The notes under the pieces are model-generated. The model was not told the DNA's origin and searched no databases. It saw only the letters and a program-made list of their open reading frames with translations. This document shows, piece after piece, positions 45,601-59,096 of a stretch of DNA of 64,000 nt. Position 1 is the first letter of the stretch; each line of letters opens with the position of its first letter. The position numbers and the translations under genes are program-made. This stretch comes from Asterias rubens (lineage: Eukaryota), in contig NC_047072.1 in the NCBI RefSeq assembly GCF_902459465.1, positions 6,014,001 to 6,078,000 of the forward strand. Reading direction: 5' to 3'.

Positions 45601-48600
45601 ATTCATAAATACCTCGGACAGTTTCGATATTCCTATTTGTGAAGAGCGCGTCACGTGGGTATAGTATAAACCTTTGTTTATGACCGGTAAAAAGTGTTAA
45701 TTCATGGGCATGACACGTGACCTTGTACCTGTTCTTGTAAGACAGTTTCTTCATTCCTATTGGTCCAGAGCAAAGGCTGAAACAGTTGTGCCACATCACG
45801 CGATACGCACCACGCGCACAGTATTCCCTTATAAGGAGTTGTTTACCCGAAGGCGGCGGAGGGCTTTACCATTTCATAGCTGGAGGGGTGTTGTGTTGAA
45901 AGAAATCATTTAACAATTTTTATTTTTGCATTTATTTTACTTTTTGACCAAAGAGTGATGATGTTTTTTACCGAAAAGGTATTTTTGAATGGGAATCAAA
46001 GTGTGTTGAATTGGTTTTCAACTAGTGGTTTAAACCCGCCGAGGCCTGGTTCTTTATAATTTACCTTGACTTCGTCTCAGTAAAAATATCAAGAACCAGC
46101 CCCCGATTTCACAAAGCTATGCGAAGTGTCGCAAGTGCAAGTTGCGACCGGTTACACGTCGTAAGTTTTGATGCGTATGGAATCCATTTCATCAAAGTTA
46201 CGATGCGTTGGATACGTCGCAAGTTCCTTGACAATGAGGAAGAACACGTCGTAAGTTACGACGACCCATAGGGTCGTCGTAAGAATGCTATGTTTCATTT
46301 GTTTACGTACAAAATGCATGAAAGGACATAACAATTACCACACGTAACTTCCGTGAACCAATCGGGAAGACACAAGTTTTAGTTTAGTTTAGTTTTATGT
46401 GACTTACACTGGCATAAAAATATAGAAATACAAATCGATACGAAAAAAAAAATAAAGAATCGAATGCCGCCGCCGCGTGCGCCTTGAATAAAGGCTAGGT
46501 AACTTGCAGCACCTAGACAACAAATGGAAATTTACCCCCCCCCCCAAAAAAAAAAGGGACGGGTAAAAGAAAAGAAAACAAACACATGCATAAAAAACGA
46601 ACACACATAAACTAAAACAACTAAACAAATAAATAATTATAAACCAAAAAACAAAAAAATACCTATTAAACACTAGTCCGAAACGGTTGAGTGTCTGCCA
46701 TCTTGAATGAACTATAATACACGACTGTTTCATGACCAAGTTGTACACAACATAAAACAGCCGCAGAACTTTAGCAGTTCATCCTCGTCCAAAGGGTAGT
46801 TTTTATTAAGAGTGAAAATGGTTTGAGTTGCGACTCGTCGCGCTTACGACGTGTTTGGTGAAATTGATTGTGGAACTCGTCGCAGCTGCGACGTGTCTTA
46901 GGTCTGCGACGCATCGCAAACCCTACGATGCGTCGCTACTTGCGATGAGTTTCGCAGGCCTCGTTGGGACTAAACCACTTGTTGAAAACCTCTTGACCAC
47001 ACATTGATTCCCTTATTTAACGCTGCTATCAGATTGTCAGCAAACAATTATAAATGGATAAATATAAATGGATGGTGTTTTAAGCCACGCCACTCCAGAA
47101 ATACAAGCTACATTCATCTCTGAATGTTTTTCTGAATTTATTATTGATGTTGTTGAATCAAGATTCATTTTTTTCCATATCACGCTTTTTGTTTTCAATC
47201 AGATGATGGAAGTGTGCAAGGAGCCCATCCAACGAAAGATCAAGCCCAGGTCGCTGCAGAGAGCTGTAGAAAGGCAATAAGAACTCATTATAGGAGTACC
47301 TATGTGAAACTGATACCATGGGAGGATGATGACACAAAACATATCGAAGATATCTTTACAGAATCAACATTGTGGAAATCTGGAGACAAATTGAAATCTT
47401 ATAAGGATATTTTCCTGCAGACAACAAGACATGGTGATGGCATAAAACGGGTGATTTTGATTGGGTTAGCTGGTAGAGGGAAGTCTACCATCATAGATAA
47501 GATGGCTTATGATTGGGCATGTGGTGAAGCACTGCAGCAGTTTGAGCTTGTATTTGTTATAAGAATGAGGGCAGTTGAACAAAGCACAGAGCTAATTGAC
47601 TCAATTTTTGAACAAGTTTTAGATGAAGATACTGGTGTAGATAAGAACTCGTTGAGTTCTTTTATCAGTCACAATCAAGACAAAGTACTGATCTTATTTG
47701 ATGGCTGTGATGAGTTAAAGACCCCTACCCTTGATGAAGCCTCATTTGGTTCAATTCTAAAGATCCTGAACTGTAAGAAAGACAGAGAGTGTTTTGTTGT
47801 AGTCACCACTCGCCCCTCTCACTACAACAAATTAGTGACAAGATCATTAATTCAAGAGCCTGTCACACGGGTCAGGGTTGAAGGTTTTGATACGGAAGAT
47901 ATCAAGAAGTATGTGAAGAGATTTTACTCAGAGGAGCACGTTAAAGCTGAAAAGCTTATTCAGATGATCAAATCCTCAAATGTTTTATCTGATTTGGCAA
48001 AGAGTCCAATGCTACTTCTGTTGATGTGTATTTTGTGGAGAGAGGATTCTAAACTCCCAGAAACACTGTATCGTATCTACAGTGAGGTATTGGAGTACAT
48101 ATTTCACAGAAAAACTCAAATGTCATCAGATGAGATATCGAAAGTAACAAATGAACTTGGGAAGATTGCCTTGCAGGGTCTTTTTGCTCCAAAACAACAG
48201 CTTGCTTTTCCTGAACAAGTGTTTGATGAACCAAATGTGCTTGAATCTGCCATAAAAGCAGGTATTCTTACTAGACACAAAGTCTTGAAGGGAATGAGAA
48301 GTCACAACAGCATTGAGTTCCTGCATAAGTCTTTTCAAGAGTGTTGTGCTGGTAAATACTTACAAAGCTTATTAGAAACCAACAAGGTAGAATTCCAGAG
48401 GAACCTGGAAGAAATCATCTTTAAAGGTAATGATTTTGAATATGTTTTGCAGTTTTGTGCTGGTGACAATATGGCATGTACTAATGGCATTTTACAAATA
48501 CTTACTAAAGTACAAAGCCAGACGCTGAAAGGCCTCCACTGCTACTTTGAGGGCCAGTCAAAAGATTTACCCCCCGTGGAGTTCATGAAGAATGTTCTAA

Positions 48601-49406
48601 CAGATCAGATAGACATTCATAAATGGAAAATGGACACTCTTAAGTCATTCATATACTTTCTTAGAAATGTTCATACCCACACAGAGGAAAACAAACAAAC
48701 TGATTATCTTGACAAGGTACAGTCAGTAGTGATAAGTGGTTGTCACTTGGGTGAGTGTATGTCAGATTTGGTTGACTCTATGAGCTTAATGACGAATCTT
48801 TCATTAGTAGAATTGGTTACGTGCACATTGAATGAGAGTACTGAAGAATATTCTGCATTATCAGGAGCAACCTCATCTGCTGCATTATGGGCCTATCACT
48901 TCAAGAAGATGAAGAACCTTCAGACGGTCGTCTTGAGTTACTGCTCATTGACAGTTGAAGATATGACACATATTGCTCCTGCACTGTGTGATCTGCCCAA
49001 CTTGGTTGAATTGGATCTTGAGAAAAATAACCTTGGTGGTTCCGCTGCATTATGGGCCTATCACTTCAAGAAGATGAAGAACCTTCAAAAGCTTGTCTTG
49101 AGTTTCTGCTCATTGGTAGATGAAGATATGACACATATTGCTCCTGCACTGTGTGATCTGCCCAACTTGGTTAAATTGGATCTTGGGAAAAACACCCTTG
49201 GTGGTTCCGCTGCATTATGGGCCTACCACTTCAAGAAGATGAAGAATCTTCAGAAGCTTGTCTTGAGTTCCTGCTTATTGACAGATGAAGATATGACACA
49301 TATTGCTCCTGCACTGTGTGATCTGCCCAACTTGGTTGAATTGGATCTTTGGAAAAATAACCTTGGTGGTTCCGCTGCATGGGCCTATCACTTCAAGAAC
49401 ATGTAG
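42689..49406 (+). CDS. NLR (NACHT-LRR) receptor, ~851 aa (exons 42689-42842, 43723-43839, 44493-44573, 47203-49406)
   Basis: P-loop GLAGRGKST, Walker B LILFDGCDE, VVVTTRP, PMLLLLMC, FLHKSFQECCA and LxxLxLxxC/N LRRs. Three short phase-1 exons splice in frame to the 2.2-kb NACHT-LRR exon. An upstream non-coding donor lies at ~42513. Confidence 0.88.
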
Positions 49407-49480
49407 AACCTTGAACAGAAGGTTGTCTTGATGGGCTGCTCATTGACAGTTGAAGATAAGACACATTGATTCTGCATTTT
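48876..49480 (+). repeat. 165-bp (55-aa) intragenic LRR tandem units: 3 intact plus 1 decayed
   Basis: Units start at 48876, 49041, 49206 and 49371. The fourth has a 3-nt deletion, AAG->TAG and downstream indels. Confidence 0.92.
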
Positions 49481-51789
49481 GTGATCATCCACCTTGCTGT
49501 GTTGTTGATACAGTAAATTCGGGTGGTACAGTTGTATGATATAACAGTGACTTTGTTACACTCTGCACTGCATCATTCCTTGTATGTACTACTGTACATT
49601 GTGTAAAGTATCATCACTATACATTGAGATGATGAATAAAGCTTTGGTAGGTTCTGCTGCATATAGTACCGTCACTAAACTAAAGAAGATGAAGAACCTT
49701 CATAAGCTTAGCATGGTGTCCTGAAGCTGTGACACACACACAAATTGTATTTGCACTGCCAACTCAGTGGTTGAATTGATTTTTGTTTATCAGTTGATCA
49801 AGTGTCCCATGGCTAAGATGTAGTCACAATCGATCATGTCACCATCTGTTATGTATGTAAATAATGGCAAATCTGATATATATATATATTTGTAACTGAA
49901 CTTTCTTAACAATAATCTTCTATTTTTGTTTATAACCAAACGTTCTCAATTTTATGCAAGAATGCAATCAAATAAGATGTAGTTCAAGGTATAGCAATAT
50001 CCACTGTCTGTACTATTCAAGCCAAGTACAATTTCGCTGGTGGCTGCCAGTTTGAGGAAAATTATATATAGTCTATGGACCCTCCTACTATAATTAAGTT
50101 GATACACCATTTGAAACCATTCAGATGAATGGTTTTTGAATAGTATCAAACAGTTGGTGCCCCAAATGGTTTTTGAATGGTGGTGCAGCTGGTACAGAAT
50201 CCTATGGGGATTATTTTGAGTGGTGCATCAAGGATCACACTTTGTCATGACTTTGAGTGATAACAGGGGGGTGGGGATCAATCTGCCCCTGGTGACAATC
50301 TTAAACCATTTGCCTAAAGTAATGTACAGAGTGTATGCCACAGCTCAAAACCATCTGAATGGTTTTGAGTGGTAGTACAGCTTGTCAGCAACACTGCTCT
50401 AAACCATGAGTGTACAAAACCAAAGGGGTTGTAAAGGTTGGTGAATTTTAAATGGTTTTGAATTGTGTATCAGTAGGAGGGGTTCAGCTATTCTGCTGTC
50501 ATGATGTAAACTTTATTTGTATTGATGGATGTACAGTTCCACAAAGTTATGGGGGTTAGAAACAAGACATGAAATAGACATGTATTCGGTTAAATATAAA
50601 CATGGAGAAATATTTCAAATAATAAAGGAATTTTTTTGCTGTTAGTCAAGTGCCAATATTAACTTAGAAACTGTTCCATTGCAATTCACCTTTCATTCCA
50701 ATTTAATTTATTATGCTCACTTTTGTGGTTGTCTAGATGTAGCACCCTGATCTAGATGGAAGTTGCTACTCTGTAAAAGCTCTCTTATTATTTCTTATGT
50801 TAAGGGTATTCATATAATATTAATTGAACATACACTGTAGTAATTCTATAGTTGAAAGGCAGGATTTGTAAAGAATGATACTTTTGTTAAAGGGTCTTTG
50901 TATGTAATTTTTGTAGGACAAAAAACACAATGTCTATACAGATTTACATTAAACTTACATAGTTTGAAGATAATGAAAGTAGAAAGCTTCCCTGGAAATA
51001 ATTATTACTTGCTGAGGTGCTTGATTTTTTTTTTTTAAATGAGTAAAACAATGTCAGGAAAAAATGTTTCGTCTCAGTGATCATATATTATGAGACAAAA
51101 ATTATTTTAGCATGTAAAAACGTATTTTCATTCATTGTTTTACTAATTTCTCAAAAACTACAGCACCCCAGCAACTAATGTTTTAAGGTACGCTTTCTAC
51201 TATCATTATTTTCAAACGGTATTAGTTTAATGTAAGTCTGTGGACATTGTGTTTTTGTGTTACAAAAAGTACCCAAATCCTCACTTTGCTTAATTTGATT
51301 GTCCAAATCAAAATCAGATGGACAGAAATTGGTGTTTTTTGTTTTCCCCAAATAATGTGAAGAACTTGTTTCCTGGTATGATTGTAGCTTTTTGTTTGGA
51401 TCTAGCCAAAGTATGAACAAGTTCATTTTTGAAAATGACATTCTCCTCCTATTTGCTGACTTGAAAAGGCACTGGGCACCTTTTGTAATTGTCAAAGACC
51501 AGAATTCTCAAAAACTATGTTACTTCAGAGGGAGCCGTTTCTCACAATGTTTTATACCATCAACAGCTATCCATTGCTCATTACCAAGTAAGCTTTTGTG
51601 CTAACAAGTATTTTGAGTAATTACCAATAGTGTCCAGTGCCTTTAAGCTATGTCGAAATATAAACATTTTCATTGAGGCACGTACATTTAATGTAAGGTA
51701 CAATGGGATAATATGAAAACTACATCATCACTTCATTGTCTAAATGAACTGTGAAATGCAATAAGAGAATAAAACACCAACTTATTATT

Positions 51790-51934
51790 NNNNNNNNNNN
51801 NNNNNNNNNNNNNNNNNNNNNNNNNNNNNNNNNNNNNNNNNNNNNNNNNNNNNNNNNNNNNNNNNNNNNNNNNNNNNNNNNNNNNNNNNNNNNNNNNNNN
51901 NNNNNNNNNNNNNNNNNNNNNNNNNNNNNNNNNN
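51790..51934. other. Assembly gap (145 N)
   Basis: Run of N. Confidence 1.
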
Positions 51935-52249
51935 AAATAATCATAAAACATACAAGAAAAAAGAGGAGGGCACCAGGAGCCTGGACCCTTTAAAATATAA
52001 ATTAATTTGTTTTAGTTTATAACAATAAACAATATTGATTGATGAAGTGAAAGTACGGTGAAAGGTGTAATGCATACAGCAAAAAATAGCACAAAACAAT
52101 GATTGGTTGTAATCAAACTGTTTTTAACAATGTGTTTGCTATGCAGCCATAAATACATATTATTGAGAGTTTTTAAACAAACAGAAAAATTAACAGAACA
52201 TATTTAGGAAATTACAAATTAGACAATTTGGAATTGATAATCATGGTAC

Positions 52250-52900
52250 GCGTGTAGTTAATACAGGTGGTGTCATTTTAGACGATACTGGTTATAAGTA
52301 GGTTTTTCATGTATTTTTTGAAGCTGTGCACAGTTCTAAATGAAGGTATTGGGGTGAGCTGATTCCAGAGTAGGGGGCCTTGATGTCTGACTGTTTTCAT
52401 AAATAAAGTGGTCCGAGCCTTTCCAATATGAATTTTAGTAGCAGATCTAGTGTTATGTGAATGTCAATATTTCGTGAAAAGAGTAGTCTTATGTTAACAA
52501 GTTAAAATCCATCTTAAACATAAGGACCCCAAGATGATATTTATACGGTTTAAAAATATCGAGTGTTTTAAATTCCTTGAAAAGGGGTGCAGTGTGCTCT
52601 CTAAAGCTAGAATTGGTTATTACTCTCAAGGTTTTCTTCTGTACGATTATAGCTTGTTCAGGTAAGAAGCACGAGTGTTTCCCCAGGCTAGAATTCCGTA
52701 TTGAAAGTGGCGTAAACTTTTAAGGAGATTTGATAAATTTAGGCTTTAAAGTTGGTATTAGTTTGCGTCCTCCAGGAAACTGGCAGCGAGTCAGGTTTGG
52801 GAAAAAGTAGCCCACCTTGTTGAGCTGTTATGGCTCTCTTTTAACATCGAGCCCGTAACAGCTCATCTGAGTTGGCTAGGGGAAAGCACTAAGGGATGCT
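52250..52900 (-). mobile_element. Degraded L2/CR1-group LINE ORF2 3' fragment
   Basis: The minus strand gives, with frameshifts, HFQYGILAWGNT and VQKKTLRVITNSSFREHTAPLFKEFKTL. Confidence 0.7.
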
Positions 52901-53052
52901 ATTTTTTTCTAGAGCAGGCCTAGGCCTAAATTAACAAAATTCCAAACGGCTGACTTACAAAGAATTCAAAAGGGATCAGAAGTTCAATTGTCTGAAAACA
53001 TATCTGATTGGTTTTCAAGAGGCTGTGAGACTTTAAATTGTATTGTTTTTAT

Positions 53053-53431
53053 TTAAAGGCAGTGGACACTGTTGTCAAAGACTAGCCTTCACAGTTGGTT
53101 TATCTCAACATAGGCATAAAATAACTAACCTGTGAAAATTTGAGCTCAATCGGTCATCGAAGTTGCGAGATAATAATGAAAGAAAGAACACCCTTGTCAC
53201 ACGAAGTTGTGTGCGTTTAGATGGTTGATTTTGAGACCTCAAGTTCTAAATCTGAAGTCTCGAAATCTAATTTGTGGAAAATTACTTCTTTCTAAAAAAC
53301 TATGGCACTTCAGAGGGAGCCGTTTCTCACAATGTGTTATACCACAACCTCTCCCCATTACTCGTCACCAAGAAAGGTACTTTATGCTAATAATTATTTT
53401 GAGTAATTACCAACAGTGTCCACTGCCTTTA
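53053..53431 (+). mobile_element. TTAA-flanked TIR element, family 1, full length
   Basis: ttaaaggcagtggacact...agtgtccactgccttta. Confidence 0.8.
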
Positions 53432-53529
53432 CTTGATTAAAATATTATCATTTAGGTTTGGTTATACTTTTTAGGGGAGTTTTACACCCAGATCAAAATC
53501 ACTACAAAAAATACCGCCATCTGTCGACA

Positions 53530-56500
53530 ATGCATTGTCATTAATGTCAATGTCCTATATGCGGAAATAATATGAGGAATGGAAATTATTGGGAAATAAT
53601 GTGGATATTTCTTAGACGTGGACCAGAAACCCAAATAGCCCTCATCCCTGCTGGTAGGACATCACCAACCCGCCAACCCTCCATATCTTCAAAACATCAT
53701 CATTTGGAGTGCGTGTGAGTCTAGTTTATTGCTCCATGGTGTGAGCGACCATAGAGGAGTGACCTACATAATTAATGATAAAATACTTTTATTTTGTGCA
53801 CTCAATAAACTCAAACATAATCTCCGGCTTTGCCTTAAAGAAACTGTGAGCGGGAATATTTTTACGACCTCGCCACCAATTTCGATTCTGCCCGGTTTCT
53901 TTTTTTACCTCAGGTTGTATCTATTCGATTGGGTTAGGGTCAAAAAGTGTACAAAAAGTGGTTTTCATGGGACCGGTTTTCAAACTGTAGTTGTTTTACT
54001 CTCTCTTTCATCAGGATGTCATGCGGTAACCCAGACCTAGTAACTGGGGCGCTGTATGCCTATTCCTGTTTTCGAAATTGTGACATTATCTGTCAAACTT
54101 AGTATATACTAGGTCTAAGACCGATAACCTTACATTTCGAAAAAGGAATACAGCGCCCCTGTTACCGGGTCTATTATGCGGTATATAACCCTTCGTACAG
54201 GTAAGACAACAATTCAGTGGACTTGAAGTTAACTGGAGCGGATAAAATGGTGGCGACGTATGGAATTATCCCCAATTATGTTCAAACCCATATCTGTGGA
54301 CATTGTGTTTTGTGTAACAAAAAGTACAAACCCTAAGTCTGATACACCCTTTAAAGTGGACACTATTGGTATTCACTCAAAATAATTATTAGCATAAAAC
54401 CTTACTTGGTAATAGGTAATGGGGAGAGGTTGATAGTACAAATCATTGTGAGAAACAGTTCCCTCTGAAGTGAAGTAGTTGGTCAAACTTTGGCTTTGTT
54501 ATCTGACAACATCCATCAGTGAAGATGTTTAATCTTTTGGACTATTTTGTAATTGGGTGAAGCACTGATTATTCCTGGAATTGAAGGTAAGACTGCATCA
54601 TATTGCTGACCAGTATATCATGCACTTTGACATCATCAAAAAGAGATTGTCATTTGTAATGTATTCCTACATTATGTTAATGTGTATGCTAATGAACATG
54701 TCCTTAGACAGTGACATTGGAATGAAACATAAAAACAAGCTGTCATCTGAGTAAATGTCTTTCTTTGATTCATAAGATTGTGTCAGATATGGCTGACCAG
54801 AGTGAGGAGACCATGGAAGAGGAGGAGATGGTCAGGCAATCTCAAGAACCCGAACAAAGATCGATGGCTGTTTATGAAAACATTCAACCGTTGCCAGAAA
54901 CAAGAGACTTAGTGAGAGCAGAAAACACACAAATGCTTCAAGGTTAAACTTACTGTGATTAGTATCAATCTGTACGCATGATTTGAAATGAATATGTGAA
55001 GATGAGTTGGGATAAAATATATGTCTAAACAAATGTAATTATTTCTTTGATTTGATTTCTTGTGTTATTCCGCACACTTACTTAGGAATACACCCATAAC
55101 CCTAGAGAAGGGTTACAACAATATTTTTAAAACTAATACAAACAAAGAGTTAGTAAAGAGCATTCTTTGTTTTAACCTCATTAGTTGTAGTATGAATTTC
55201 CTTTAACAGAACTATATACGATCAACAAGTAAAAAGCCAATCTATGCAAAAGTACTCGGCTATATGTGGCACAAAACCTTTTTCCGAGGTACATGATTAG
55301 ATATGTTTCTGCCTTTATCATGTTTATGCTTTCACAAACAGTATCATGGACAGTTTTCTAAAAGAATAATACTTCGGACAAGAACATCCATTTCTTTTTA
55401 GTGTGGACTAGTCTGTTGATTCTTTAACGCTGTATCTTCTAGTTTCTACAAGTAGTTAATGAGCTGAGCATCTGATTCTAGCCAGATAATGTCTGTATTG
55501 TTTTTAGTTACTTGACGAATAAAACCATTCAATTCAATTCAAAATGAGTATTGAGCAAATTCCCAAAGTAAACTTTTGCATTTTTCATGTAGAAATTACT
55601 TTTCTTCATTGCCAACAGCAGGAGGTGCCAATGTGATGCAATCTATGGCTCTACACCACACAGACGGCAGCGGTAATTTGGCTGTTATAAATCCTAGTCA
55701 CTGTACAATTAACATTGTACAGCTGAAGCCAGGAGCAACAGGTAAGGGACAAACATTAGCAACTTCTGTCAATTTTGTTTTAAAAGATTTGGGTACTTTT
55801 TGTAACACAAAACAAAATGTCCACAGATTGACATTAAACTTACACAGTTTGAGGAAAGCCTACCTTATAATTACTTGCTGAGGTGCTGTAGTTTTTGAGA
55901 ATTTAGTAAAACCGTGTCACAAACACGTTTTACATGCCAAAATAATGTTTGTCTCACTGAGACAAAAATTATTTTTGTGACTTGATTTGCTTAAACTCAA
56001 AAATACAGCACCTCTACCACCACTAACTTCAAACTGTGTAAGTTTAATGCAAATCTGTGGACATTTTGTATTGTGTCTTACAAAAAGTACACAGACCCTG
56101 AGTCTCAAGAATATTTAACATAAATTAAATTTGGTTTCAACTTTGAAGTGGAACTGGGTTTTTTTTATTGTGTTATAATACAGAGGACTTTGGTAGTTGG
56201 GATAATTTTATATAACCAATGGAAATTACAAGGTTTGCAGTACACCATCAAAAGTTTGTCTGTAAAATGAGTTAGTGATGAATCAATACATCTTAGAGTG
56301 AGGTCCCTTGATATATATCTAGATTGTACATATGCCGTGCCACATTTTGCTCCAAATCAGTTTAGCTTCACAAGAGTTTTCTCCATCTTTTTCAATTTTA
56401 TTTTGTTAGCCAAGTTCTCTCCTTAACTTTGTCTTTCAGAGGATGTTTTACCTGCATTGGAGAAATTAACTGCCTCCTCAAAACAGAAACAAGCTTCGGA

Positions 56501-57733
56501 TTCAGTAGTGAAACCAACAGGTAATTTACTCAATAAAAGACATGTCAATCTGAGATAGTAATTCTTAAAGGAACATTACAGAATTGTCTTTTGCTAACAA
56601 AACAGTTGCTGGCAGTGTAAGCACTTTTTGTAATCCATTATGTACATAAACTGACAAACCTGTAGAAGTTTGAGATCCAGTTCCACCAACTAGGATATTC
56701 TACGAAAATGTTTATTTATTTATTTCCTCTGTTTACCCAGGGTGAGCCAAATCAGTGGGTAAAAAACTGGTTCCTATTGGGCCCTGCATAATGACATTGT
56801 TAAGAATAAACAATTGAACATATTAAAAAGTAAGCATAAAATCACATTATAAAATTATAATAGAAAAGTTGAAAACTAAGCTAAAATATGTAAGAATGTA
56901 AACGGAAAATTTAAAGCAATATAAGCATAAGACGAAGAGTAAAAGAAAAGTTACGAGAGTAAATTCACACAGTGAATAATAATAATAATAATAATAGCCA
57001 GTTTTTATATCGCGCTTTCACACCCGGAGGGCGTCCCAAAGCGCTTCACATTATTACCACTGGTCACTGGGCCTTAAACCATCTCAGCTCCCTGAGTATG
57101 CAGCCTGTGCAACATTAATATGCGCTCCTCGGAAAAGGGGGTTTTACATTGCCCTCATTGTAATGATTTGGCTGTCAATATAACAAAAAAATCTTCTGAA
57201 GAAGCTGCAAATTCCTTTATGTTCACCCTCAAATTATTTATCTAAAGGGGTAGCTTTCAGCTAGAGACGGGCGACAATGAGGTCTCCCTTGGCACAGCCC
57301 GACTTCACACCATGCACAACGCACAAACCATGGGGCGTGATGAGATGCTCAAGTCACAGTAATCTACGTGTCTAACCATACTCTCAAAAGAAACCTCTTT
57401 TGTTTGTAGTAGAATACTGGGTTTATCAAACAGCAAATGTGATTTAAATCAATGTCACAACATTCAACTTTATTAAAAGGGCTTCGTTTTGAGTTCAAAG
57501 TTTTATTTGTCGAAAATACAGCCAATAATGGCCCATCGGTACGAGTCTTCCCATGACTTTACTGTGTAGCTGTGTTTTTCTATACCCATCTCAGGTATGA
57601 GATGTTGTTGAATCAAGATGAATTTTTCCATATTATGTTTTTTGTTTTCAATCAGATAATGGAAATGTGCAAAGAGCCCATCCACCGAAAGATCCAACCC
57701 AGGTTGCTGCAAAGAGCTGTAGAAAGGCAATAA
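53530..57733 (+). repeat. Segmental duplicate of the NLR 5' region (homologous to ~41370-47280)
   Basis: Shared upstream blocks, exons 1-3, intron parts and the first 78 nt of exon 4. Copies differ by point changes and copy-specific TE insertions. Homology ends abruptly at 57733. Confidence 0.9.
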
Positions 57734-57792
57734 CACATTTTATCAATTGGGTCAAAATAATGCCTTATACTCAGAGGACATGCAGGCAGTAA
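54789..57792 (+). CDS. Truncated NLR paralog encoding only the N-terminal region (~164 aa; exons 54789-54942, 55619-55741, 56440-56520, 57656-57792); may be a pseudogene
   Basis: All GT-AG sites are present and the frame is intact, with one in-frame 6-nt insertion. It reads into non-homologous sequence and stops at TAA 57790-57792. No NACHT follows. Confidence 0.6.
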
Positions 57793-57994
57793 TAGGATTT
57801 TGTAGGTCACCTTGTTTGCATGTATATAATAAATAAGCGTTAATATTGATTTAAGGCCTGGCACTATTGGCAAATTAGTAATAAGCAAGCACTAATGATG
57901 AAAATTAGTCAGGACTTTTCCTGTTTTTATTTTATTTTGTTTTTTGTGAATAGGGAAGAGTGGGTGGGGATTTGTTACTTTTTTCAATGTTCAG

Positions 57995-58992
57995 ATTTGT
58001 ATACTTTTTTTGTCCTGCTCGTTGTCTGTTTGTTCTGTTATAATGTCCTGCTCGTTGTCTGTTTGTTCTGTTATAATTTCCTGCTTGTTTGCCTGCTTGT
58101 TTTATTATAATGTCCTGCTTGTTTGTCTGTTTGTTCTCTTATAATGTCTTGCTTGTTTGTCTGTTTGTTTCCTGCTCGTTGTCTGTTTGTTCTCTTATAA
58201 TGTCGTGCTTGTTTGTCTGCTTGTCCAGTTATAATGTCCTGCTCGTTGTCTGTTTGTTCTGTTGTAATGTCCTGCTGGTTTTTTATCTCTATTATGTCCT
58301 GCTTGATTGTCGTTCGTTCTGTTATAACATGGAGGTAGAAATATTTCTACCTCCTTGGTTATAATGTCCTGCTCATTGTCTGTTTGTTCTCTTGTAAGGC
58401 CAAATAGTAAAAAATACCAGTTTAAAAAAGAGGAGGATGAGAGCAAGATGGCCGCTGAGTATTTTAAATCAAACAGGCCACCAATTCTTCAGTTTGAACC
58501 CATCGCAAACATATTTTATACGTACATGTATTTTTTGCATGAGGACCTGTGTTAACACTATTAACAGGGTCGGCTTACACTAAGTAAAAAGATTGGCTTT
58601 TGTGTAGGCATTCACTAATACTTGTTTTATGAAACGGACGGTTACACGTGTTCAAGAGAATCACGTTAGATTCGGGAAGAGCTCCTAGGCCGGTCCTTTT
58701 AAAAAGATGGATTAAAAGTAAAATTAAGAAAAAGGATGCAGCCCCCCCAAAAGGATGCAGGCGGGGACGATCAACTTTTTTTATTTTTTATTTGGCCTAA
58801 TGTCCTGCTTGATAGTCTGTTTGTTCTGTTATAATGTCATGCTTGTTGTCTTGCTCGTTGTCTGTTTGTTCTGTTGTAGTATCCTGCTTGTTTGTCTGTT
58901 TGTTCTGTTGTAGTATCCTGTTTGCTTGTCTGTTTGTTCTGTTGTAGTATCCTGCATGTTTGTCTGTTTGTTCTGTTGTAGTATCCTGCATG
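57995..58992. repeat. Low-complexity minisatellites (gtttgtctgtttgttctgttataatgtcctgct-type), two blocks at ~57995-58395 and ~58795-58992
   Basis: Degenerate ~30-35-bp units. Confidence 0.8.
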
Positions 58993-59096
58993 TTGTGTTC
59001 TAGTTCATGTTATACATCATGCAACTTTAAACCATCACAACAGTCAACAAGAGTTTTAACAAATGAATTCCTTGTCTTTCTGTGATTGATCATCAG

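Noticed and set aside
1834-49406. Functional immune gene cluster (Ig receptor, JAGN1, IRAK1BP1, NLR)
   Set aside because: The immune associations are loose and partly vertebrate-specific, housekeeping genes are interspersed, and there is no sequence evidence of co-regulation.
57895-58991. Hydrophobic or polar short ORFs in this interval
   Set aside because: They are translations of low-complexity minisatellites.
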